Positions 21,497-30,089 of a stretch of DNA of 64,000 bases are shown here, piece after piece. The translations under genes and the position numbers were made by a program. The notes beneath the pieces are model-generated. The model searched no databases. It was not told the origin of the DNA and was given only the letters and a program-made list of their open reading frames with translations. Numbering within the stretch: the stretch's first letter is position 1; each line of letters opens with the position of its first letter. Source of the DNA: Limisphaerales bacterium (GTDB lineage: Bacteria > Verrucomicrobiota > Verrucomicrobiia > Limisphaerales > JAJOIW01); contig CBFHOE010000009.1 in NCBI GenBank assembly GCA_965657355.1, positions 128,001-192,000 on the forward strand. Reading direction: 5' to 3'.

Positions 21497-21742
21497 ATGG
21501 CACTCATCATACTAAATATCCTTGGTTTTTATCTTTTAGCCGGATTTATTTTTTCCATTCTTTTTGTTCTGTTTGGCATTGGAATGATCGATACCTCTGT
21601 AAAAGGATCCACCATTGGGTTTCGGATTGTTGTCATTCCGGGCGCGACGATTTTCTGGCCATACCTCTTGTTGAGATGGATCAAAAAATCCAAACCTCCA
21701 ATTGAGAAATCACTTCATCGAGGTATACCCTCCCGACAATAA
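21497..21742 (+). CDS. Small membrane protein, first gene of redox module
   Basis: Two hydrophobic segments (YLLAGFIFSILFVLFG; GFRIVVIPGATIFWPYLLLRW); co-oriented with the next genes. Confidence 0.75.
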   Translation: MALIILNILGFYLLAGFIFSILFVLFGIGMIDTSVKGSTIGFRIVVIPGATIFWPYLLLRWIKKSKPPIEKSLHRGIPSRQ

Positions 21743-21758
21743 TCTAAATTTTCCGAGC

Positions 21759-21866
21759 ATGCAAAGTCGCCATAGAAAAGCCCATAGAATCATTTGGTAT
21801 ATCTTACCCGTAGCAAGCCTACTGATACTCATTATAGCCGTCATCAAACAAGTGATTTGGAATTAA
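21759..21866 (+). CDS. 35-aa single-TM microprotein (below ORF-track cutoff)
   Basis: MQSRHRKAHRIIWYILPVASLLILIIAVIKQVIWN*; fills the gap between 21742 and 21891. Confidence 0.6.
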   Translation: MQSRHRKAHRIIWYILPVASLLILIIAVIKQVIWN

Positions 21867-21890
21867 CAGGAAAGTCATTTATTAACCCAC

Positions 21891-22949
21891 ATGTCTGTTT
21901 CATATAAAGCTGTCGGATGGAATTCCTTCAAGAAGAAGTATGACCTGCTAACGCTGGGAATACTGATAGTTATACTGGCCATTTTTGTTGCTGTTTCCTT
22001 AGTAAGGTTTCCATCGATGACCATTGAGATTGCCTTAATACGAGGGTTGGGCCTGACCTCCATTGTTTTTCTTCATTTTATATTGGCGATAGGCCCACTG
22101 GCTCGCATTGATAATCGCTGGCTACCTGTTTTGTATAATCGAAGACATTTAGGTGTCACACTTTTCGTTTTCGGTTTATTGCACGGAGTTCTATCCATCA
22201 TGACTTATCATGCGGGGAGTGATGTTAACCCCATCCATTCCATTTTCATTACAGACAGTGGCAATACAGTTGGAACATTCCCATTCCAGGCATTCGGATT
22301 TCTTGCACTCCTCATACTTTTTATCATGGCTGCGACAAGCCATGACTTTTGGCTCACTAATTTAACGGCACCTATTTGGAAATATTTACATATGGGTGTT
22401 TATATGGCCTATCTCTTTCTGGTGTTACACGTTTGCTTCGGAATCCTTCAATCTGAGACGCACCCCATTTATGGGATCTTGTTTGGTATCGGCATTGTAG
22501 GATTATCAAGTCTTCATATCATCGCGGCTTTTCAATCCACAAAACTGGATAAAGAATCCAATGGGCGTTCACCTGATGAAGAGGATTACCAGAAAATATG
22601 TTCTATTTCGGAACTCGAAGAAAACATACCGTATCCAACGACTATCTCAGGTGAACGGGTGGCTGTCATTTTATATGACGTCAATAAAGTGTCTGTGGTT
22701 TCTGGCGTCTGCCAACACCAGAATGGCCCACTTTCTGAAGGCCGATTCATCCATGGATGCCTCACTTGCCCATGGCATGGATACCAATACCTGCCACATA
22801 ATGGGTGCTCCCCAGAACCATTCACTGAAAAAATCCCCACATTCAGTGCTCTCATGAAAGACAATGACATTTACGTCAAAAGGGAACCTAATCCAGCAGG
22901 AACTGAGATCCATCCACTGGTCATTCCGGAAAATAAAACTCAGAAATAA
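21891..22949 (+). CDS. Ferric reductase-like (MsrQ-type) transmembrane domain fused to Rieske [2Fe-2S] domain
   Basis: TM domain with YNRRHLG, LLHG, ATSHD, WKYLHMGVY, VLH; C-terminal CQHQNGPL...CPWHGYQY Rieske ligands. Confidence 0.9.
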   Translation: MSVSYKAVGWNSFKKKYDLLTLGILIVILAIFVAVSLVRFPSMTIEIALIRGLGLTSIVFLHFILAIGPLARIDNRWLPVLYNRRHLGVTLFVFGLLHGVLSIMTYHAGSDVNPIHSIFITDSGNTVGTFPFQAFGFLALLILFIMAATSHDFWLTNLTAPIWKYLHMGVYMAYLFLVLHVCFGILQSETHPIYGILFGIGIVGLSSLHIIAAFQSTKLDKESNGRSPDEEDYQKICSISELEENIPYPTTISGERVAVILYDVNKVSVVSGVCQHQNGPLSEGRFIHGCLTCPWHGYQYLPHNGCSPEPFTEKIPTFSALMKDNDIYVKREPNPAGTEIHPLVIPENKTQK

Positions 22950-22952
22950 ATC

Positions 22953-23714
22953 ATGAGCCGAAAAGAATTTTTTATAGGTTGGGACGCTGATAGAGCAAAG
23001 AGCACAGTAGGAACAATACGCAATTACACATTAATGATCGCCATCGTTCTTGTCGCTGTATCAGCTGGAATGGCTGCGCTTCAGTCGACTATTGGCACAG
23101 CTTTTTTCGACTTTGGGAACAAAAAGGAATTCAAGGGGTTATTTCTCAGTGATCCTTATCCAATGCTGATTTCAGAAACTCCTATAAAAGGGCACTCAAC
23201 CATACTTCTTGTGAATGAATGGAAGTTTGGGCTGGACCAGGAAATGGCGAAATCATTCCATCTCAAAGCAGTAACAATAAAAGGAACACTTATTCATGAT
23301 GACCATCAAGCCATGGTTGAAGTAGCCAAAGAAGGCATCAAAATCGACAATGGCGGCTCCCAATCAAATAACTTTCATAACCAAGCAGAAACGATTGGGG
23401 TAAAAGCTATTTCGGGTGAAATTGTCGATTCAAAATGTTGGCTTGGGGTAATGAATCCTGGCTCCAGAAAAACACACAGGGCATGTGCAATATTATGCAT
23501 AAAAGGTGGTATTCCTCCGATAATGGCAACTAAGCCCAGCGATGATAACACCAGCGGTTATTACCTCCTTGTCGACTCCAATGGCAAACCGATTAATAAC
23601 CAGGTCCTTGACTATGTCGGTTTGCCCACCCAAGTAGAGGGCCAGGTAGATAAAATTGCTAATTTATTCGTCATGAAGATAGACCCAAAATCTATTCAGC
23701 TAAAAGAAAGATAA
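22953..23714 (+). CDS. Membrane-anchored hypothetical protein with Cys/His cluster
   Basis: N-terminal TM; GEIVDSKCWLGVMNPG...HRACAILCIKGGIPP; starts 3 nt after the Rieske fusion. Confidence 0.85.
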   Translation: MSRKEFFIGWDADRAKSTVGTIRNYTLMIAIVLVAVSAGMAALQSTIGTAFFDFGNKKEFKGLFLSDPYPMLISETPIKGHSTILLVNEWKFGLDQEMAKSFHLKAVTIKGTLIHDDHQAMVEVAKEGIKIDNGGSQSNNFHNQAETIGVKAISGEIVDSKCWLGVMNPGSRKTHRACAILCIKGGIPPIMATKPSDDNTSGYYLLVDSNGKPINNQVLDYVGLPTQVEGQVDKIANLFVMKIDPKSIQLKER

Positions 23715-23818
23715 TGGGGTTTTTACAACGGCAATGGTTCACACCATTTTATGAGAAAATGAAGAGAGCAGACAAGAATGTCGGCCACTTGAATGCTCAT
23801 TGAGGAGTTGAAAAAACA

Positions 23819-25315
23819 TTACTTAATGGCTTTATTTTTATTCCCCTGATACTCGGGACGCTTAAAGAAATCTTCAAAATAAGGTTTATACTCTTCCATG
23901 TGAAACCAAAAGGCCCGTCTTGGTTTCTGGACGATTTTCCCTTCTGGGTAATCCTTACCATTCGCACTCGAGTCTACAGACTGAAGCATTTTGATGGCTT
24001 CTGATTTCATTCTCTGAAATCGAGTAGCCTCCATCTCTGCGATATTCTTTTTTTCTGCATTATCGGATTCAAGATTGTAAAGCTCCCATGAGTTATCCCT
24101 TCCAATGGCTGTGCTGACTATTTTGTATTGGCCATCTATCAGAGCTGCTTTTCTCTGAAAGTAGAACGGAATAGCTTTTCGTTTCTTTGGGTCATTCCCA
24201 TTTAATACCTCCTTTAGGCTTTGGCCATCCACAACGGATAACATGGAATCATCTGATAAGCCCAAAAGGTCCACAAGGGTCGGCATGATATCCATTGTAG
24301 ACGCAGGAAAAGAGGTTACTCGAGATTTGATATGGCCCGGCCATTCAATGATTCCCGGCACACGGATTCCTCCCTCATAAACGTCACCTTTATTTCCTCT
24401 TAGTCCACCACAAGAACCTGGGTCCACAGTAAGCCCCCCATTATCACTGCAATACCAAACGAGTGTTTCTTTTTCGATTCCTATTTCCCGGATACCATCA
24501 CGGAGACGGCCAATACTGCGATCGATACCTACAATCTCACCGAGATGATTTCCAAGTTTATCATCCGAAAGACCTTTAAGATCCTGATCTACCGCTCGCA
24601 TTGGGCTATGAGGTGAACCATACCAAATGACTGCAAAAAATGGCTTTCCCTTCCCGTTTTTATCCCTGATAAATTTTATAGCCTCATCGACTATGACAAC
24701 TGATGAGTCCCCTTGAAATTCTTCAAACTGACCTTTTCGGCTCATTATTGGATTTGTGTCGAAGAAGTTAGTCACAGAGATCCACTCTTCAAATCCATAG
24801 CGCCCAGGGTGGTTGGCATCGTCTTTTAAAATTGGAACTCCCGGTCCTCGGATGCCATTAAGATGCCATTTACCAAAATGCCCTGTTGCGTAGCCAGCAT
24901 TCTTCAATGCCTGAGGGAGTGTTTTTTCTTGGAGGCACAAATTATGCCCATGAGAGGGCACACCAGTTCTATTGTGTGTTCGCCCGGTCAGAACAGATGC
25001 CCTGGTCGGTGAACAAACCGGTCCGGCGGCATAAAACCTGTCAAAGCGAATTCCAGCTCTGGCCATGGCATCCAGATTAGGAGTTTTTAGCTGCGGATGA
25101 TTTTTATATCCAACTTGCCCCCACCCTTGGTCGTCTGCCATGACCAGAATCACATTGGGTCTCTTCTGTGCCCCAGACAGTGTTTGTGAACAAAGACAAA
25201 CAGCCAGTGTAATTAAAAACCTCCGGTTCATTTCGATAGAATATACCATCAGGTGCTGAAAAACACCCTTTATCGATTTCATTCGGGATGTGGTAGTTCC
25301 CCCCTGTCTGTTCAT
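23819..25315 (-). CDS. Sulfatase (S1, Cys-type); start probably at MNRRFL
   Basis: PNVILVMADDQG, CSPTRASVLTG, GKWHL, WYGSPH, SDNGG. Confidence 0.95.
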   Translation of the reverse strand: MNRQGGTTTSRMKSIKGVFQHLMVYSIEMNRRFLITLAVCLCSQTLSGAQKRPNVILVMADDQGWGQVGYKNHPQLKTPNLDAMARAGIRFDRFYAAGPVCSPTRASVLTGRTHNRTGVPSHGHNLCLQEKTLPQALKNAGYATGHFGKWHLNGIRGPGVPILKDDANHPGRYGFEEWISVTNFFDTNPIMSRKGQFEEFQGDSSVVIVDEAIKFIRDKNGKGKPFFAVIWYGSPHSPMRAVDQDLKGLSDDKLGNHLGEIVGIDRSIGRLRDGIREIGIEKETLVWYCSDNGGLTVDPGSCGGLRGNKGDVYEGGIRVPGIIEWPGHIKSRVTSFPASTMDIMPTLVDLLGLSDDSMLSVVDGQSLKEVLNGNDPKKRKAIPFYFQRKAALIDGQYKIVSTAIGRDNSWELYNLESDNAEKKNIAEMEATRFQRMKSEAIKMLQSVDSSANGKDYPEGKIVQKPRRAFWFHMEEYKPYFEDFFKRPEYQGNKNKAIK

Positions 25316-25363
25316 TCTTGAGAAATCTGGGGACTGCTGTTCATCATAGGACTCTCAAGATTA

Positions 25364-25660
25364 TCACCCATTGAAATTGACCCGTTTAATATTTGGGTGG
25401 GAAATGTTTCTATTACGAAGCCACCCAATTATTAATAAAACCAATCCTACTATCAATAGAGGAAAACTCACACTGGCAGGCCATAAATTCTGGCTTATCC
25501 TCTCAGCAAAAGATGTAGCCGCTTCTTGTTGAGCCATGTCGTAGGTATTAAGGATGCCCGCGACAGTGATACCTGTGCCGATAAGCCCGATTACGATCAA
25601 TGAATAACCGAATCGCTTGATATTTGACATGACCATTTGAACAAATTTATAGGGCTTCAT
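25364..25660 (-). CDS. Small two-TM protein resembling the MotA/TolQ/ExbB channel hairpin
   Basis: GLIGTGITVAGILNTY...FAERISQNL...LLIVGLVLL. Confidence 0.5.
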   Translation of the reverse strand: MKPYKFVQMVMSNIKRFGYSLIVIGLIGTGITVAGILNTYDMAQQEAATSFAERISQNLWPASVSFPLLIVGLVLLIIGWLRNRNISHPNIKRVNFNG

Positions 25661-25794
25661 TGGGCAGCGCTATTACAAATAGAAATTAATTTTCTATGAA
25701 TCTCACATTCTTATCCAAAAGTATTGGGAACCGTTGTTCTCTGGAATTATCCCGTTGACCAATCTATCACTGTCCAATAAATAACGAGTATCAG

Positions 25795-26199
25795 ATGAAA
25801 AAGTTTAGATTTCTAGGTGTCCTGACATTGATGACCTCTCTCTGCTTTAGTGCATGTCGCGAACCTCAAATTAAGAAGCCAGATGATGACTCTGGGGCAC
25901 TTGAAAAAGCGGTAGAAGTAGTGGCAGTGGCAAGCAAAGACATTGAGACAGAACACACCATGACTGCCGCAGCATGGGGGGGAATACCGGTTATCGTTGT
26001 TAAGACCGAGACTATGGACGTAGAGCAAAAACCTATCGTAGATAAAATTATGCAACATGAAGCCGTGCAAGCATTTGATGGTGAGCTTCTCATTGGGTTT
26101 GAAACTCAAACAGAACCAGCCAATCCGGATGCAAATTTCTTGGGTTCAACTACGATGCATGGGACATATGACGCCAAAACAGGGGAGAAAAAGAACTAA
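25795..26199 (+). CDS. Hypothetical lipoprotein
   Basis: MKKFRFLGVLTLMTSLCFSAC: basic N-terminus, hydrophobic core, lipobox-like FSAC. Confidence 0.75.
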   Translation: MKKFRFLGVLTLMTSLCFSACREPQIKKPDDDSGALEKAVEVVAVASKDIETEHTMTAAAWGGIPVIVVKTETMDVEQKPIVDKIMQHEAVQAFDGELLIGFETQTEPANPDANFLGSTTMHGTYDAKTGEKKN

Positions 26200-26350
26200 C
26201 CCATTCTAATACCCAGGAAACAAAATCTTTTGATTCATTTCCTGAAAATGTGAACATACCTGTCTGCGTTTATTATTTTTAATTTAATACCCGACGGGAC
26301 AACCTGCCCCATATTATAATCTTACAGGCTGATGGGATTAAATGAGCCAA

Positions 26351-28129
26351 TTAATCTTCAATCCGAGTAAGTAGCAAAAGGCGAAAGTCCATGACCTGGT
26401 TTCCTGGAATGTTAGATGCTTGTAACTTCAATACTCCTTTTCCCTTTTTTAATTTTACATTTCCAAGGGTCATCCGCTTGAAATCTTTCACATAAGATTC
26501 AACTCTTACAAATCGATCCTCTTTCATTCCGCTTAGTGGTGGATCATGAGCTTCGATAATATTTCCCTTTAATTTAGAGTTATTGAAGCTCAGTTCGATA
26601 GTTGAGCCTACGTCGTCCTTTGGGCAGGTGTAAAAGATCTCTACTTTGTAGGTTCCGGTTTTACCCACTTCACAATCCCAGGTGATGGAATCTTCAAGAC
26701 TGGTCCAATTATAAAAAAACGAATCATTGGGAAAGCGATTTGATCTTTTTATATTTCCGTGAGGGACCCCATCTCGAGCAGGAATCTGTGTCCTGACAGC
26801 GTCAGGGTGACCAATAATAAATGGGCGGTTATCGAATTCCTTACCGTAGTCGACTAACATCTCTGAACGAAACTTTTTTGCGAGATCGGACAGCCGTTTT
26901 GTGATACCAGGTTTCGCACTGTTGATGGGGTTTTTCTGTCCTGGATCAGCCGGAATATTATAAAGATTACCCTTGGAATCCAACCTGTATTGCTGAGTAC
27001 GGACCGAAATATTATTCCTCCATTGGTGAAACAATGTGCGAGGGCTCCAGCCTACCCTATTCCCTAAAAGTAAAGGCGCAAGACTGATACCATCTAATGG
27101 CTTTGTTCCAGATACCTCGATGCCGGAAAGGTCAGCCAATGTGGGCAGCAAATCTATAGCAGCACTAATCTGAGGGATCTGTGTTCCGGGTTTAATTTTT
27201 GCAGGCCAACGCACGAAAAGTGGTGATCTAACACCTCCTTCATCGGTTGATCCCTTTCGACCGCGCATACCTCCATTGTAACGATTACCATTTGGACCAT
27301 TATCACAAAAATAAATAACGATTGTGTTTTCAGAGAGCTTTAATTCATCAAGCTTCGAAAGGAGTCGTCCAACATTCCAATCTATATTTTCACACATAGC
27401 TAATGCTGCTCGTGCATGCTGTTTGTATTTGGGCTGCAGTTTCGGGTGGTCATCAGGAAACTCCATATTCTTAAATTTATTCCACCAACGATCTGGCACT
27501 TGCATTGGTGAATGGGGAGTATTGTAGGGCAGATAGACGAAAAATGGATTTTCTTTATTCCCCTCAATATACCTCATGGCTCTTTCGGTAAGGTCATCTA
27601 TAATAAACCCATTACCTTTTACCAATTGATTATTATGCTCCAACATGGGATTAAAATAATTCCCCCAATGACCAGAGCAAAAACCATAGAATTCATCAAA
27701 GCCTCGAGCGTTCGGATGGTATGGAAATTGCATTCCACTATGCCATTTCCCAAAAGCAGCGGTCTTATATCCCGAGTTCTTGAAAACCTCACCGATCATT
27801 GTTTCATCAGGGTTGACGCGTTCCCCGCCTGCGGAAGTACTATAAACACCAGAGCGGGCGGCATATCGACCTGTTAAAAATTCGGCTCGTGTCGGACTGC
27901 ACACGGGACATACAAAAAAACGATCAAATCGGGCACCATTTTTGGCCATCTTGTCTATATTTGGCGTATTGATGGCGACGTTTCCATTTATACTTAGATC
28001 CCCCCACCCCTGATCATCAGTTAATATGACAAGAATATTTGGTCGAGGATTTACGGATGTGCCAGCGTGAACTTGATTAAAAAGGGGCAGCATCCATATC
28101 GACGCTAAAATGAGAATATAGTTTTTCAT
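26351..28129 (-). CDS. Arylsulfatase (S1, Cys-type) with C-terminal beta-sandwich domain
   Basis: PNILVILTDDQG, CSPTRAEFLTG, GKWH, DNGPNG, DEGGVRSP. Confidence 0.95.
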   Translation of the reverse strand: MKNYILILASIWMLPLFNQVHAGTSVNPRPNILVILTDDQGWGDLSINGNVAINTPNIDKMAKNGARFDRFFVCPVCSPTRAEFLTGRYAARSGVYSTSAGGERVNPDETMIGEVFKNSGYKTAAFGKWHSGMQFPYHPNARGFDEFYGFCSGHWGNYFNPMLEHNNQLVKGNGFIIDDLTERAMRYIEGNKENPFFVYLPYNTPHSPMQVPDRWWNKFKNMEFPDDHPKLQPKYKQHARAALAMCENIDWNVGRLLSKLDELKLSENTIVIYFCDNGPNGNRYNGGMRGRKGSTDEGGVRSPLFVRWPAKIKPGTQIPQISAAIDLLPTLADLSGIEVSGTKPLDGISLAPLLLGNRVGWSPRTLFHQWRNNISVRTQQYRLDSKGNLYNIPADPGQKNPINSAKPGITKRLSDLAKKFRSEMLVDYGKEFDNRPFIIGHPDAVRTQIPARDGVPHGNIKRSNRFPNDSFFYNWTSLEDSITWDCEVGKTGTYKVEIFYTCPKDDVGSTIELSFNNSKLKGNIIEAHDPPLSGMKEDRFVRVESYVKDFKRMTLGNVKLKKGKGVLKLQASNIPGNQVMDFRLLLLTRIED

Positions 28130-28440
28130 GACTCAATTTCCTAAATCAATAAAGGGTTAAAAAGTAAGTAGTACAGGAAATGCTTTGGGCGCGCTTTAAT
28201 GGTATATGCGCTTCGATGCTTTGTTTATTTTATTCGTAAGATTAAGCTCATGCAAATTGATCCTATTTTTGATTTTGAGTCTAGGACATAAACGAATTAT
28301 GAATCAAAAGATACCATTCCTTTTTCAGTTACAGACTTACCCGGTATATAATGATGACACCGATTCATCTCACATATTTTCTAAAGCCAAAAGATTTCGC
28401 AAGTATCCCCTTTGATATTCGTTTTGCAATCGTCATTACC

Positions 28441-29940
28441 TTAAAATGATAGCTCCACCGATTCTACCATCGGTTTAGATTTATTATTGGTAGTATCAGT
28501 GACGATGAGTTCGATTTGGAAACCAAAACCCTTCGGTAGATCATTAAGGTCTAATTGAGCTGGCTTACGTTTGATTTGTTTGGAGAAACCTTCAATGTAA
28601 TCGTAAGTTTCCTTAACCGCTCTCCATTTGCTCCACTGGTTAATTTCCCCATCATCATCGGTATCAACTCCAACTCGAGCTTCAACTTTCTCAACCCAGG
28701 GCCCTGGGCTTACGAAATCCACCCTCTGTTGTGTTGCTAGATAGAATTGGCCTTCTGCAAAGCATATATCAGGATCAGGATGTCCATTGCCAATTTTATC
28801 ACACCATGTGAATTCTTGATCTATTGACGATGAAGTAAACCAGCCGACAGACATTTTGTGTCCACCAGCGGGATCGTAATCACCGAATAGATAATATTGC
28901 CCACCAATAGCGATAAGAGCCCAATCGCCGTATGCCTCCTGCTCGGGCTCATGAATCTCATATTTTGCGATATTTGATGGGAAACGCTTCGGGTTTTCTT
29001 TAGCCCAATGAGGATGTTTATATGTTGCGATCTTACCTGTTGGGTTCGTTCTATTATCTACAGCAGGCTTAACAAATTTGAAGTGATTGAGTCCATTTTT
29101 ACTCACGGCGTGACCAGCGAGGGGTGAATCCCAAGATCTCTTATTTGCTGAGATGGGGCTCCAGTCTTCAATGACGACGTGCATATTTCCATCAAGGTCT
29201 CGGATGAAACCCGCATCGGATCCATGTGAGGGATCATCAACCGCGATGCCCATATTTTTTCCTGGCTCGCCATCAGTGAGATCATCGTCGACGTATACAT
29301 GCGGATCCTGGTCATTGGGAAAATCATAATAAATGTATGCTTTTCCATCGACCCATTCGGCGCTCGTCACCCATTTTGAGAATCCCTCTGTGACAGGCCC
29401 ATGATGAACCCAATTTTTCATGTCTCTGCTTTGCCATGCGTGATAACCACCCTTTCCAGGTTTTAAACCGCCAGGAGCATTATATTGATTCTTCCAAGGA
29501 GTTGTTTGAAGTGGAATGCCAAAACCTTCAAGCTGAGCTGGTTCCGGCCTGAAAGATTTTTTGGGAGGATTTCCGTATCGCCCAAACATCCAATAATTAC
29601 CAGGGCCAACAGTCAGCAAAACTGGAGCATCACGCAAATTTTCAGGCCCAAGGTTTTCTATGGGATTCCAATTCTGCCATACTGGCGATTGTTTAATTGT
29701 AAGCTTGGAAGCGGAGCGCTTTCCATCAAATCGATAAATCTTAGTTTTTAATGTACCCGATTTATCGAGAGGCGAAGCCATTCCGTCTTTAATGGACAAA
29801 CCACTGGATGAAAGGACAGATTTCCCCCATTCTTCTTTTGAATCTATAGTGATTTGATCGCCAGCGATCAATGATTGCGCTAATACAGTGAATACAAATA
29901 TAGGAACTGTTTTATTCATCGGCTGAATTGGATTTGCCAA
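28441..29940 (-). CDS. Secreted hypothetical protein, possible five-bladed beta-propeller glycosidase-like
   Basis: Signal peptide; DAPVLL, YHAWQSRDMKNWVHHGPV, DGKAYIYYD, GSDAGFIRDLDG, HPDPDI blade-like motifs. Confidence 0.6.
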   Translation of the reverse strand: MANPIQPMNKTVPIFVFTVLAQSLIAGDQITIDSKEEWGKSVLSSSGLSIKDGMASPLDKSGTLKTKIYRFDGKRSASKLTIKQSPVWQNWNPIENLGPENLRDAPVLLTVGPGNYWMFGRYGNPPKKSFRPEPAQLEGFGIPLQTTPWKNQYNAPGGLKPGKGGYHAWQSRDMKNWVHHGPVTEGFSKWVTSAEWVDGKAYIYYDFPNDQDPHVYVDDDLTDGEPGKNMGIAVDDPSHGSDAGFIRDLDGNMHVVIEDWSPISANKRSWDSPLAGHAVSKNGLNHFKFVKPAVDNRTNPTGKIATYKHPHWAKENPKRFPSNIAKYEIHEPEQEAYGDWALIAIGGQYYLFGDYDPAGGHKMSVGWFTSSSIDQEFTWCDKIGNGHPDPDICFAEGQFYLATQQRVDFVSPGPWVEKVEARVGVDTDDDGEINQWSKWRAVKETYDYIEGFSKQIKRKPAQLDLNDLPKGFGFQIELIVTDTTNNKSKPMVESVELSF

Positions 29941-30089
29941 TGAGTTTCTTATAATATTCAGGATTTAGCGAGTCTGATATTCCACGTAAAATGACTGAAA
30001 TGGTTTTTTATGGAAATTTCATAAAAAGAGCCGAGATGAAAACAAAATAAGAAACGTGTTCGGGAGCCCGGATCATTTAAAATATTGGA

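Noticed and set aside
21460..21705. Alternative-frame 81-aa ORF
   Set aside because: Overlaps the better membrane-protein ORF 21497-21742 and has a TTG start.
28206..28415. 69-aa + strand ORF between two minus-strand genes
   Set aside because: AT-rich, low-complexity translation with no motif; likely spurious.
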